This document shows positions 1 to 9,248 of a stretch of 32,000 nucleotides of DNA, piece by piece. Positions within the stretch are counted from its first letter, which is position 1, and each line of letters opens with the position of its first letter. The notes under the pieces were generated by a model that did no database searches, was not told the DNA's origin, and saw nothing but the letters and a program-made list of their open reading frames with translations. This stretch comes from Hyperthermus butylicus DSM 5456. GTDB taxonomy: Archaea; Thermoproteota; Thermoprotei_A; Sulfolobales; Pyrodictiaceae. The stretch covers positions 660,001 to 692,000 of the forward strand of contig NC_008818.1 of the NCBI RefSeq assembly GCF_000015145.1, written 5' to 3'. A program made the translations under genes and the position numbers.

Positions 1-739
1 TCCGGGGGTTCATGGGGCTCGGGGTGTTTTCGACGCGTATGGTGAGCTTTGAAGCCTCAGAATCCACGTGTATTTCGTGTATGTTCCTCTCCACGGTGGG
101 ATCGGCAACTATCTCAACAGTAGCCTCCTTCTTTGCCGCTAGGGAGAGTGCAGCGGCGACATTCACGTTTGCCGGGAAGTACTTGACGGCTTCGCTGGCG
201 GGGCCCACGTATATCGTTGTCGGCTCCCTAGTCTCGTCCAGGTTTATCCCCTTCTCCCTAACGTACGGTGCGTCCTTAAGCGCTCTAGGCGGTTTCCTGG
301 TGACTAGCCGCACAGACCTTATCCCGTTCAGCGACAGCGCGTAGACAGCATCGAGGCCTGCTATGGCGCCGGACGGTGTGTATATGTGGCGTCTCTTCCG
401 GCGCGCGGCCTCCACGAGTTTTGCCAGGAGGTCCCGGTCCATTAGCGCCCCGACACTGAGCACTATGAGGTCGGCGCCAGACTCTAGAACTCGGAGGCCA
501 TACTCTCTCACGGCCTGCTGGCTCGCCGCCTCGACAACGACGTCTGGCTTCGACCCGAGCAGCTCTTCGAAGCATGAAGCGATGCGTGGCTTGAACCTCT
601 TCAGCTCACTGGCTAGCTTCTCGCAGCGCTCCCTAGCAACGTCGTAGAGGGCTACCAGCTCCGCGTTCTCCACGACACCCTCATCCACTGCCTTGGCGAG
701 TACTGTGCCTATGTTGCCGCATCCTATGACTGCTACGCG
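1..739 (-). CDS. nadX: L-aspartate dehydrogenase, partial (3' end runs off the window); 5' boundary uncertain
   Basis: The minus-strand frame is open from the window edge into the nadC 3' end. It reads VAVIGCGNIGTVLAKAVDEGVVENAELVALYDVARERCEKLASELKRFKPR...DVVVEAASQQAVREYGLRVLESGADLIVLSVGALMDRDLLAKLVEAARR...IHTPSGAIAGLDAV...RLVTRKPPRALKDAPYV. It sits directly downstream of nadC. Confidence 0.88.
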
Positions 740-1623
740 GAGCGTAGCTCCCTCACCTCTACAACCCGTAGGCTTAGGTCTACACGCACCGGGCTCATGG
801 TCAGCATGCTCGAGCTAATAATGTCAACTCCGGTGGCAGCGTAGTCAGCCACGTTGGACAGGTCTATCCCACCACTGGCCTCTATGAGTACGCGGTCCCG
901 GAGCCCCCTCCTACCCAGCTCCCCCACTATCTCCGCGACCACTTCGGGGGGCTGATTGTCGATCATCACGATATCGGCGCCAGCCTCTATGGCCTCTACA
1001 GCCTCCTCGAGGCTAGAGACCTCCACCTCGACGCGATGTGCGAAGCTCGTCCTAGCCTTGGCCCGTCGTACAGCCTCTGCCACGCTGCCGGCTATGCGTA
1101 CGTGGTTGTCCTTGACTAGCACGGCGTCGCTAAGGGATAACCTGTGGGTATCGCCGCCGCCAACTGCGACAGCACACTTGGCAAAGTAGCGTAGGCCGGG
1201 CGGAGTCTTCCTAGTTGCCGCGATCCTTACGCGGGGGTTTATACGGTGGGCAGCCTCGACCATCATCCTGGTTGTAGTAGCTACACTAAACGTGTATATG
1301 AGGAGGTTTAGCAGGGTACGCTCGAAGAGTAGTATCCGTCTAGCCTCGCCAGCAACCTCCAGAACCCCCCTTGGCGGCTCGACCCAGGCAGCTTCCTCAA
1401 CAAGCGGCTTGGCATTGAAGCCTAGTATGCGTAGGGCCTCCACAACTGGCTCTAGGCAGGCGGGCACAGCCCGAGACTTGAGCACGACGACTGCACGAGC
1501 CCAGAGCCCGCGGGGTACCGTGTAGCCCGTAGTCAGGTCGCCGAAGGGCGCGTCCTCCTCAACCCATTCAAGCAGCTTTTCCGCAACGGTGTAGGGGTCG
1601 AGGAACAACCCAGCCACCCACAA
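733..1623 (-). CDS. nadC: Nicotinate-nucleotide pyrophosphorylase (carboxylating), quinolinate phosphoribosyltransferase
   Basis: 296 aa ORF with RVRIAATRKTPPGLRYFAKCAVAVGGGDTHRLSLSDAVLVKDNH and EVSSLEEAVEAIEAGADIVMIDN...IEASGGI, hallmarks of QPRTase. Clustered with nadA. Confidence 0.96.
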   Translation of the reverse strand: MWVAGLFLDPYTVAEKLLEWVEEDAPFGDLTTGYTVPRGLWARAVVVLKSRAVPACLEPVVEALRILGFNAKPLVEEAAWVEPPRGVLEVAGEARRILLFERTLLNLLIYTFSVATTTRMMVEAAHRINPRVRIAATRKTPPGLRYFAKCAVAVGGGDTHRLSLSDAVLVKDNHVRIAGSVAEAVRRAKARTSFAHRVEVEVSSLEEAVEAIEAGADIVMIDNQPPEVVAEIVGELGRRGLRDRVLIEASGGIDLSNVADYAATGVDIISSSMLTMSPVRVDLSLRVVEVRELRSA

Positions 1624-1625
1624 GG

Positions 1626-2573
1626 CTACCTTACCATCTCCAGGGAGCGCTCAAGGATTTCGCGGACGCGCCTCGCAATTGGCTCTGGTACGACTACCCT
1701 GGGCTTCAGCGTCTCTAGGGAGTAGAGTATCTTTAGCGGCGTAATCTTCTTCATGTTTATGCAGACGGCTCTGGGGTTGGCGGGTACTATCTTCTTGTCG
1801 GGGTAGAGCCTCCTGGCGCGGTGGACTAGACCCTCCTCGGTACCGATAATGTATACCTCGGCTTCGACCTCGCCTATCCTGCGGAGCATCTGGCTAGTAC
1901 TCCCAACGTAGTCCGCCATGAGTCGGACGGGCCTGGGGGTCTCCGGGTGCACCATCAGGTAGCCGCGGGGATACTGTTCACGCACCTTCCTGACATAGTA
2001 CTCGTCTAGGAGGAACTCGTGGACTGGGCAGATGCCACCAGCAGGGACAGCTACGACGTTTTTCCCGGTAGCCATAGCCACGTGGTCTGCAAGGTTGCGG
2101 TCGGGCGCGAAGAGTATAGTATCCTCTCCCAGCTTCCCAACAAGCTTCACCGCCGAGGCGCTTGTGACGATATAGTCTGCATAGGCCTTTGCGACAGCAT
2201 AGGAGTTGATGTAGATGACGAGAGGTGCACCGGGGTACTTCTCACGATAGCGGCGTAGCAGCTCAAGCCTCGCGTGGTTGGCTAAGGGGCACGTGGCACG
2301 GGGGTCTGGATGCAGTACTATCTTGTCCGGGTTGAGTATCGCAGCCACCTCGGCCATGAAGTTAACCGCTGCCATAACTATGACGTCGGCGTCAACCTCC
2401 ATAGCTTTGCGGGCAAGCTCCAGACTATCCCCGACAAAATCCGCTATATCCTGGATCTCGGGTAGCTGGTAATTATGGGCTAATATAACCGCTCTCCTCT
2501 TCTCCTTCAGCTCCCGGATACGCTCCAGAATAGCCTCCAAACCGTTGCCAGTCAAGGGGCTATTCAGCCCCAA
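1626..2573 (-). CDS. nadA: Quinolinate synthase A
   Basis: 315 aa ORF: AVILAHNYQLPEIQDIADFVGDSLELARKA, VIVMAAVNFMAEVAAILNPDKIVLHPDPRATCPLA, GGICPVHEF, MKKITPLKIL. Conserved NadA motifs including iron-sulfur cysteines. Confidence 0.97.
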   Translation of the reverse strand: MGLNSPLTGNGLEAILERIRELKEKRRAVILAHNYQLPEIQDIADFVGDSLELARKAMEVDADVIVMAAVNFMAEVAAILNPDKIVLHPDPRATCPLANHARLELLRRYREKYPGAPLVIYINSYAVAKAYADYIVTSASAVKLVGKLGEDTILFAPDRNLADHVAMATGKNVVAVPAGGICPVHEFLLDEYYVRKVREQYPRGYLMVHPETPRPVRLMADYVGSTSQMLRRIGEVEAEVYIIGTEEGLVHRARRLYPDKKIVPANPRAVCINMKKITPLKILYSLETLKPRVVVPEPIARRVREILERSLEMVR

Positions 2574-2874
2574 GCTAGAACAAGGCCATATCCACCGATA
2601 TATCCTTCGCTACAAAGAGTGTGCATACATTTACACCAAACATTCACACGAGGAAAATAGACCACCGCGACAAGCCCAACCCCCCTCTCCAAGCATTTCA
2701 CAGCCCTTACAGCATCGCACAGCTAAGATACCACAAGACTCTCTTTCATCAGTTGAAGCAGCATAAAATTGTACATGTTTCCCGCTATGTACGGGCTAGA
2801 GGCCCGATAGGTAGGGTCCTCTCGGCTCTTCGTAGCTAAGGGGTTCAATCTGGTAGCCCGCGTATAGGTGCTCT

Positions 2875-3681
2875 CTAGCCGTACATGCTGTAGCACTCTA
2901 TGCTCTTCTCGTGGAGTTGACGGCCTAGCCTCTTGACATACTCTATGTTCTCGATGTTTTCGCGGAGCCTTGCTGGTACTCCTTTGAGCTCGCTGGTGTA
3001 TGCGGCGGCTAGGGGGAGCGCCATCGCTGCAATGGTGTCGGTGTCGCCGCCTAGGCTTATGGCGTACAGCAGTGTCTTGGCCGGGTCCCCCTCTGCTCTA
3101 GCATATGCGTAAACTGCCGCGGCTAGAGCCTCATAGGCTGGCGCGTCGTTGCCCAGGAGTTCGGCGACCATGACAGGGCTCTTGTCGAGGAGGCTGGGTA
3201 CCAGCTGGAGCCTCGACCGGAACTCCTCGTAGCTCGTCTCGGCGGCAAACCTCTCGGGAGGCTGGCGGGGCTCAACACCCTCCAGCGCGTACCGTATCGC
3301 TAGTGCCTGCAGACGGGCAGCCTCGACCCCCAACGGGTGGGCATGTGTTATAGCTGCCTGCGCCTCGGCCATGGACTCCACGAGCCTCCTAGAACGGTAG
3401 AATAGTGGTATCGGGGCAACCCTCGCCGCGGCACCGTTCCCGTAGTTTCCAGCGCCGCCGTAGACCATGCGGGCAGCGTGGAGCCAGTGTCTCCCCCGGC
3501 GGATGGCAGCGATGACCTCGGCGGTGCCAGCATCGTAGAAGCGTACCGGGTTATCGGTATCAGCCTTTTCAGCCATCTTCCTCGCAAACAGGCTAGGGTT
3601 AAACCCGCAAGACTCTATGAGGGGCTCGGCTAGGAGTATAGTCAACTCAGTATCATCGCTGTATGGGTAGAATTCATGCAC
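2875..3681 (-). CDS. ADP-ribosylglycohydrolase family protein (main frame); N-terminus appears to lie in another frame up to about 3835
   Basis: YSDDTELTILLAE, GNYGNGAAARVAPIPLFY, ITHAHPLGVEAARLQALAI, ISLGGDTDTIAAMA match the DraG/ADP_ribosyl_GH motifs. The upstream GDAAG...EYG portion is reached only through a frameshift (see findings). Confidence 0.85.
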   Translation of the reverse strand: MHEFYPYSDDTELTILLAEPLIESCGFNPSLFARKMAEKADTDNPVRFYDAGTAEVIAAIRRGRHWLHAARMVYGGAGNYGNGAAARVAPIPLFYRSRRLVESMAEAQAAITHAHPLGVEAARLQALAIRYALEGVEPRQPPERFAAETSYEEFRSRLQLVPSLLDKSPVMVAELLGNDAPAYEALAAAVYAYARAEGDPAKTLLYAISLGGDTDTIAAMALPLAAAYTSELKGVPARLRENIENIEYVKRLGRQLHEKSIECYSMYG

Positions 3682-4291
3682 GCCAATAAGCTCCTCAAGC
3701 TCCGGGAAATCCTCAAGCCACCTCTCCAGCGGAGGAGGCCAGCCATACTCTAGCCGGAGCCCAGCAGCATCCCCCCACCGCTACTGCTTCGAGAACAGCG
3801 GAAGCCAGCTCGCCACCATACCCTCCAACCGGCATGCATGCACCCACTTACACACGTACATATGGGCTGCTATTCTGTAGCCTCTCCAACAGCCCTACAA
3901 CGGCAGTATACTGTACAGCTATGCACGCCTCGTCAATCACCACTAGCTCTCCGCAGCCCCCTACGCTTCTGACCGATATCAAACTTGCGAACAGCGGGCA
4001 AACCAAGTACTATCATGCTGGAGCTTGTAAGTAGCTATATCGAGATCCAGCCTATCGTACCATGCCCGGCGGGTACCTGCCGGTGATAGTAAGTGACAAA
4101 TTCGGAGGCTGCCATGGAGAGGCTACATCGCATGCAGTTGCACTATACGAGCCGGCAGCCTTGATCCGGTTGAAGAGCTAGGTTAAACTATGGGCAAGTA
4201 AAGATGTCATAGTAGAAGTCATCGTGATAAGAAACTTGAGAGATGAGCACTGCTGCAACAGTAATCGATCCTAGTCATGGCACGCGGCTGG

Positions 4292-4522
4292 CTAGGCTAG
4301 CTTTTCGAGTATCTTCTTGCGTAGCATCTCATACTCTTCTCTCGTAATGACTCCTTCGTCTAGTAGGCGTTTTAGCTTTTCAAGCTTCTCAATTGGGTCC
4401 TCCTCGGACTTTATGGTCTGAATCTGTTGTTGCTGCGGCTGTATTGCTGCTCTAGTAATTATCTCCTTTGGTTTCTCGAGGATCCACTCTTCCGTTATAA
4501 TGTGCTTCTTCTTGACGATCAC
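4292..4522 (-). CDS. Small protein with C-terminal SHOCT-like domain
   Basis: 76 aa ORF ending DPIEKLEKLKRLLDEGVITREEYEMLRKKILEKL, the SHOCT pattern. Overlaps the upstream ORF by 4 nt. Confidence 0.7.
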   Translation of the reverse strand: MIVKKKHIITEEWILEKPKEIITRAAIQPQQQQIQTIKSEEDPIEKLEKLKRLLDEGVITREEYEMLRKKILEKLA

Positions 4523-4875
4523 GGGGGCTCTATGGCTATTCTCTTTAGTGCCTCCTTTATGGCCTCCATGGCTTGTTTTGCTCTATCCTTGTCCATCCAG
4601 TCTAGGTTGATGTTCTTATCTTCTTCTAGTTCGAGCCGGAACTCCGAGCCGATAACGCCAGCGCGGTAGTATACACGCTGTAGCTTCTCGTAGGGTATGG
4701 AGACTAGCTCGTAGCGGCCCAGCAGCTTTTCGTCGAAGACTATTATCCTTCTAGTGGTTACTACAAGCCATTTAGGCTTCTCGAGCGCTATGCGCTGCTG
4801 CTTTACAGCCTTGATAATTGCCTCGTCGGGCTCCAGGTTTTCTGCAAGCTTTCGGGGAATCTTCGCATCAGACAT
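4519..4875 (-). CDS. PH-like (bacterial/archaeal pleckstrin-homology-type) domain protein
   Basis: MSDAKIPRKLAENLEPDEAIIKAVKQQRIALEKPKWLVVTTRRIIVFDEKLLGRYELVSIPYEKLQRVYYRAGVIGSEFRLELEED; WLVVTTRRIIVFD is a typical PH-like core strand. Start chosen at the internal ATG rather than the longer ORF start at 4986. Confidence 0.6.
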   Translation of the reverse strand: MSDAKIPRKLAENLEPDEAIIKAVKQQRIALEKPKWLVVTTRRIIVFDEKLLGRYELVSIPYEKLQRVYYRAGVIGSEFRLELEEDKNINLDWMDKDRAKQAMEAIKEALKRIAIEPP

Positions 4876-5211
4876 AGAGCAGCCACTCCTCCAAGCTGGT
4901 ATACGTAGCTGGCGTATTTTTCCAGGGGCACCTCTTCTCCAGGGGCTGGATAGCAGTACCCAGCATAATAGGTGTGTGGCACCCATACCCGCCTGTGTCG
5001 GCTAGAATTTATGCCCTTGTGGAGGTATAACATCTGTGTGGTTTCCGGTTTACCGTATCGGTTAGTAATAATAATTCAGGATGATGGATATTGTTATCAG
5101 AAAATAATCGATTTATCGTATTGGCGTAGCTGCTAGGCCCTTGGAGCATAGATGATATCGTACCATTGTGGAGCATGTAGCTGAGCAGGAGTGCACGGTG
5201 AGAGTGGTAGG

Positions 5212-5607
5212 GGTGGACGTGGAGGATTTTGTACTAGTCTTCGTTGGTGGAGGCCTCGGTGCTGTATCGAGATGGGTTCTCTCAAGCATCGTGCAGCGGC
5301 ATGCAGGTATACTGTTCCCCTGGTGTACGCTTGCGGTAAACGTGATAGGGTAACTCTTGCTGGGCTTTGTTATGGGGCATCTAAGCTGTACGGTGTTTTC
5401 ACGAGGGAGCAGCGATTGCTAATAGCTACCGGGTTTGCTGGTGGGTTTACAACGTTCTCAACGTTCTCCTATGAGACTCTAGCATTGCTCGCTGAGGCAC
5501 CGCTCTACGGCCTGGCGAATATTATGGCTAACGTATTAGGCGGCCTCCTAGCAGCATACTCTGGGTACGTGCTTGCAAGTGTAATTCATGCAAAGCCGGT
5601 GGCTTAG
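5212..5607 (+). pseudogene. crcB: Fluoride exporter CrcB, disrupted by an in-frame TAA and a frameshift
   Basis: Frame 1 reads VEDFVLVFVGGGLGAVSRWVLSSIVQRHAGILFPWCTLAVNVIG*LLLGFVMGHLSCTVFS. The protein then continues in another frame as TREQRLLIATGFAGGFTTFSTFSYETLALLAEAPLYGLANIMANVLGGLLAAYSGYVLASVI. Both halves match CrcB. Confidence 0.85.
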
Positions 5608-5691
5608 ACTGAGGATATATATTGGGGAGCGCGACAAGTACCGTGGAAAACAATTGTACCTCTATTTGCTCCACTTCTTCAAGAGCCGGAG

Positions 5692-5913
5692 GTGAAGGGG
5701 GCAACAGTTTACCGTGGAATAGCTGGTTACGGCTCGCATAGTCTCATCCATACAGCTGATATTCTGCGTCTCTCCGAGGACCTACCAGTAGTAGTTGAGG
5801 TCGTTGACGAGGAGGATGTGATACGCTCGATACTGCCGGAAGCGAAGAAGGTTGTAGGTGAGGGCCTCATAACTCTCGAGCCTGTAGAGGTTATCTACTA
5901 TGGGCATGGTTGA
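5692..5913 (+). CDS. DUF190 family protein (possibly N-terminally longer)
   Basis: GTG-start ORF reads KGATVYRGIAGYGSHSLIHTADILRLSEDLPVVVEVVDEEDVI...EGLITLEPVEVIYYG. DUF190 genes frequently neighbour crcB. Confidence 0.8.
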   Translation: MKGATVYRGIAGYGSHSLIHTADILRLSEDLPVVVEVVDEEDVIRSILPEAKKVVGEGLITLEPVEVIYYGHG

Positions 5914-5946
5914 GAGGGCGATCATGTAGAAAAGTGTGTTGGGGTC

Positions 5947-7128
5947 CTAGATCTCTGTAGCAAGGCCGGGGCCTGGAGCTGGCTCCACAGTTACACCCTC
6001 CGCTGTAGCCCTGTATCTCGGCGAGTTCCTGGCAGGGTCTTTCTCGAGGAAGAGCGGCGAGTCGAGGTCCACGTAGCGGGTGGCAGTGCTGGTAAGGGCT
6101 GCATGTAGCGCCTGGGCTATGCCGAGCCCTGTCTCCGCCATGCAGCCCCACATGACCTGGAGCCCGTGAGCCTCAGCTAGCGATGCGATTCTGGCGGCCT
6201 GGAGTGGCCCGCCAGCCTTTGCTATCTTAATGTTGATGACGTCGGCTGCGCCCATGGCGGCCACCCTGGCGGCCTCAACGGGGCTCCGCGCGGACTCGTC
6301 CGCTGCAATCGGCACGTCCACACGCTCCTTCACGTAGCGTAGTCCCTCGAGGTTCCATGCTGGCACGGGCTGCTCAACAAGCTCTAGGGCGTCGCCGAGT
6401 GTGTTCTCGAGCCTATGTATTACACGGACAGCCTCCTTTGGGGACCAGGCCTGGTTAGCGTCCACACGTATCCTGGCACGGCCCCTCGAGGCCTCATAAG
6501 CAGCTAGCACAAGCTGCGCGTCAAGCAAGGGATCACCTGTCCCAACCTTCACCTTAAGCACGTTGAACCCCTGGATCGACGGTACAGGTATGGGCGGCTC
6601 CTCCGGGGGCTTAGAGCGTAGCCCAACAATGTACTCTATAGTCTCGGCGTATAGCTCCCAGCCACGGCCACTCCTCCCAGCAATATCCCTAGCCACCCCG
6701 AGATCCGGTATTGATACCGTGTAGTCGGTAACCAGCCTCTCAGCAACACGGCCACCAAGCAGATTGTATACAGGCACTCCAAACAGCTTACCTACAGCAT
6801 CAAGTATTGCCGACTCCAACGCAGCCCTAGCAGAGCTAAACCCAAGCCCATACCCGTGGATCACGCGTAGAGCCTTGCCCATCTCCTCTGGCAGAGAGAG
6901 GCCCCTCAGCTGCCCCGAGACAAGCCCCACGTACGACCCAATAGAGTCTATGGTCTCCCATGTAACCATCTTGCTTGGAGAAGCCTCGCCAAACCCAATA
7001 GTGCCATCCTCAAGCACAACCTTGACAACCACGCTCCTAGATACGCTAGCCGCAGAGTAGGCTATGCGGAAGACTCCACGAATCCTAGCCTCGACGACAA
7101 AGTATTCAACTCGGCTGATACGCGGCAA
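5947..7128 (-). CDS. Enolase-superfamily dipeptide epimerase / muconate cycloisomerase-like protein
   Basis: GFGEASPSKMVTWET, FNVLKVKVGTGD, RVRIRVDANQAWSPKEAV-type strand, VEQPVPAWNLEGLRYVKERVDVPIAADESARSPVEA, INIKIAKAGGPLQAARIASLAEAHGLQVMWGCMAETGLGI. Start proposed at TTG 7128. Confidence 0.88.
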   Translation of the reverse strand: MPRISRVEYFVVEARIRGVFRIAYSAASVSRSVVVKVVLEDGTIGFGEASPSKMVTWETIDSIGSYVGLVSGQLRGLSLPEEMGKALRVIHGYGLGFSSARAALESAILDAVGKLFGVPVYNLLGGRVAERLVTDYTVSIPDLGVARDIAGRSGRGWELYAETIEYIVGLRSKPPEEPPIPVPSIQGFNVLKVKVGTGDPLLDAQLVLAAYEASRGRARIRVDANQAWSPKEAVRVIHRLENTLGDALELVEQPVPAWNLEGLRYVKERVDVPIAADESARSPVEAARVAAMGAADVINIKIAKAGGPLQAARIASLAEAHGLQVMWGCMAETGLGIAQALHAALTSTATRYVDLDSPLFLEKDPARNSPRYRATAEGVTVEPAPGPGLATEI

Positions 7129-7700
7129 GACTGCAGGCCTCCACAGCGTAACTAGTGGCCGAGACCGAGAATAATTATAATAGTGACTATTAGAGGCCCC
7201 TCCATGGAGAAGCCTCCATAGTCTCTCCCTGGGCCAAGCCTTTGCGATTAGAGGACCGGTACACTCCACCACGCCTTCCTCGACATGGCTGCAGCTTCGC
7301 TATACGCCGTAGCTACTGGTATACAGCCGGCAGCAGCGACAACTACACCAGCCGTGAGCGTAAGCATAATCGCTGCCGTCGTGGCGGACATTCTCGCTAT
7401 CCATGCTCTCCACGCCAAGCCTACACCGGGATTCGCCGGGCTCCCAATAAACGGCTAGTCTCAGCCATGCTGGCCCCAGCCTGCCGAGAAACATAGCGGT
7501 ACACGTAATCCACGCAGGCCACGCCAGCAAGCCCATAGGCTGCAGTGGCGCGGAGAAGCCCCGCCTAGATAGTGACCCAGCTATCCCGGGATGAGTGTTC
7601 GGCTGCACTGTTTGTGGGGTGGTCGTGGTAATAAGCTATTTTAACAGTGTTCTATCCTACTCTCTCGCCCGGAGCAAAGCAAGTGTATAGAGGTGGAAGC

Positions 7701-8510
7701 GTGGCAGGAACCTCCCGAACACTAGTTATTGCAGCCATCGTAGCCATAGCCGTCATTGTAGGTGGCGTAGCATACTGGTATGCCGGAGGGGGCGGCGGAG
7801 AAGGCAAGAAGATCCTAGTTGTTGGTACGTCGCCCGACTTCCCGCCGTTCGAGTACATTGCTAAGAATGGTAGTGTTGTCGGCTTCGACATAGAGCTGAT
7901 AAGGCTGGTGGCGAAGAAGGCTGGCTACGACGACATAGAGATAAGAACCATGGACTTCGACGCGCTGATCCCGGCGCTGGAGCAGGGCCAGATAGACGTC
8001 ATAGCAGCGGGGATGACTATTACTGAGGAGAGGAAGCAGAGGGTCGACTTCACCATACCATACTGGCAGGTTGACCAGGCTATACTCGTAAGGGCCGACT
8101 CGGAATTCAGGCCGAAGAGTGTTGAGGAGCTGAGCGGCAAGACTGTTGGAGTCCAGACGGGCACCACGGCAGCGGACTACCTTAATAAGATTGTGGAGGA
8201 GAAGGGACTCAACATAAACATCAAAGAGTATAGCAGCTACGTACTTGCCGTAAACGACCTCATCGCTGGGAGGATAGACGCGGTTATGGTTGATACGCCG
8301 GTTGCGAAGATGTTCGAGAAGCAGTACAAGGACAAGCTAGTAATATCAGCTGTGATTGAGACTGGTGAGAAGTACGGGTTTGCAGTGAGGAAGGGTAACA
8401 CCGAGCTACTAGACAAGCTCAACAAGGCCCTTGAAGATATAATGAATAGCCCCACCTGGGACGAGCTGGTGCAGAAGTATTTCGGCAGCGAGCAGCTACC
8501 ATATACTTAA
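7701..8510 (+). CDS. Polar amino-acid ABC transporter, substrate-binding protein (membrane-anchored)
   Basis: N-terminal TM segment LVIAAIVAIAVIVGGVAYWYAGGG, then VVGTSPDFPPFEYIAKNGSVVGFDIELIRLVAKKAGYDDIEI...TITEERKQRVDFTIPYW...LSGKTVGVQTGTTAADYL...YGFAVRKGNTELLDKLNKAL. SBP_bac_3 pattern. Confidence 0.94.
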   Translation: MAGTSRTLVIAAIVAIAVIVGGVAYWYAGGGGGEGKKILVVGTSPDFPPFEYIAKNGSVVGFDIELIRLVAKKAGYDDIEIRTMDFDALIPALEQGQIDVIAAGMTITEERKQRVDFTIPYWQVDQAILVRADSEFRPKSVEELSGKTVGVQTGTTAADYLNKIVEEKGLNINIKEYSSYVLAVNDLIAGRIDAVMVDTPVAKMFEKQYKDKLVISAVIETGEKYGFAVRKGNTELLDKLNKALEDIMNSPTWDELVQKYFGSEQLPYT

Positions 8511-8561
8511 TACTCAGCGTAGCGAGTAGCCAGGCACACGGCCCGGGGAGCGTGTACGGGC

Positions 8562-9248
8562 TTGCCCTCGCTCTCCAGCATTTTTGAAAACCTAGAACCC
8601 TACATTGGTGTAATCCTTTCGGGGCTGCCCAACACGCTCATACTAACCTTTGGCGGGTTCGGCATAGGCCTAATTGTCGGCCCCCTGCTAGCCTTCCTAG
8701 AGGTCTATGGCCCCAGGCCCCTCGCGAGGCTCGCGGCGGCGGTTGAGGAGGTTATCCGCGGCATACCCCTTCTAGTTATAATGTTCCTAGTCTACTTTGG
8801 GCTTCCAGAGCTAGGCGTGAGACTGGACCCCCTCACGGCCGCAGTTGTATCGATAGGCATCAGGAGTCTCGCCTACCAGTCGCAGATCATTAGGAGCGCT
8901 ATACTATCGATACCCGCTGGGCAGTGGGAGGCAGCCCTAGCCCTAGGCATGAGCCCTCTCGAGGCATTCGTGAACGTCATTGCGCCCCAGGCGTTCCGCA
9001 TAGCGATACCCGGCCTCGTAAACCAGTTCACCGTAGACCTCAAGGACACATCGATAGCCTACGCTATAGGCGTCGCGGAGATATTCACACAGTCCGTCCA
9101 CGTGGCACAGATTATCCTTGACTACCTCTCACCACTCCTCTTCGTGGGCCTCATCTACTTCATACTCACCTATACGGCAAGCAGTCTTGCCTCAATCCTG
9201 TACCGCAGAGTGGCGATACCAGGCCTGGGCGGAGGTGCACAGCCGTGA
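8562..9248 (+). CDS. Polar amino-acid ABC transporter, permease 1 (HisM/GlnP type)
   Basis: GLPNTLILTFGGFGIGLIVG...EEVIRGIPLLVIMFLVYFGLPELG...YQSQIIRSAILSIPAGQWEAALALGMSPLEAF, TIGR01726-like permease pattern. Confidence 0.93.
   Translation: MPSLSSIFENLEPYIGVILSGLPNTLILTFGGFGIGLIVGPLLAFLEVYGPRPLARLAAAVEEVIRGIPLLVIMFLVYFGLPELGVRLDPLTAAVVSIGIRSLAYQSQIIRSAILSIPAGQWEAALALGMSPLEAFVNVIAPQAFRIAIPGLVNQFTVDLKDTSIAYAIGVAEIFTQSVHVAQIILDYLSPLLFVGLIYFILTYTASSLASILYRRVAIPGLGGGAQP

Noticed and set aside
956-1525. Plus-strand ORFs 956..1189 and 1292..1525 inside nadC
   Set aside because: Low-complexity Ser/Ala/Thr-rich shadow ORFs opposite a confidently identified gene.
2830-2870. GGGGTTCAATCTGG as a possible tRNA T-loop
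   Set aside because: No complementary stem bases and no cloverleaf in the neighbourhood.
5034-5167. Possible fluoride riboswitch upstream of crcB
   Set aside because: I could not find the conserved fluoride riboswitch core pattern by eye; a covariance-model scan would be needed to exclude it formally.
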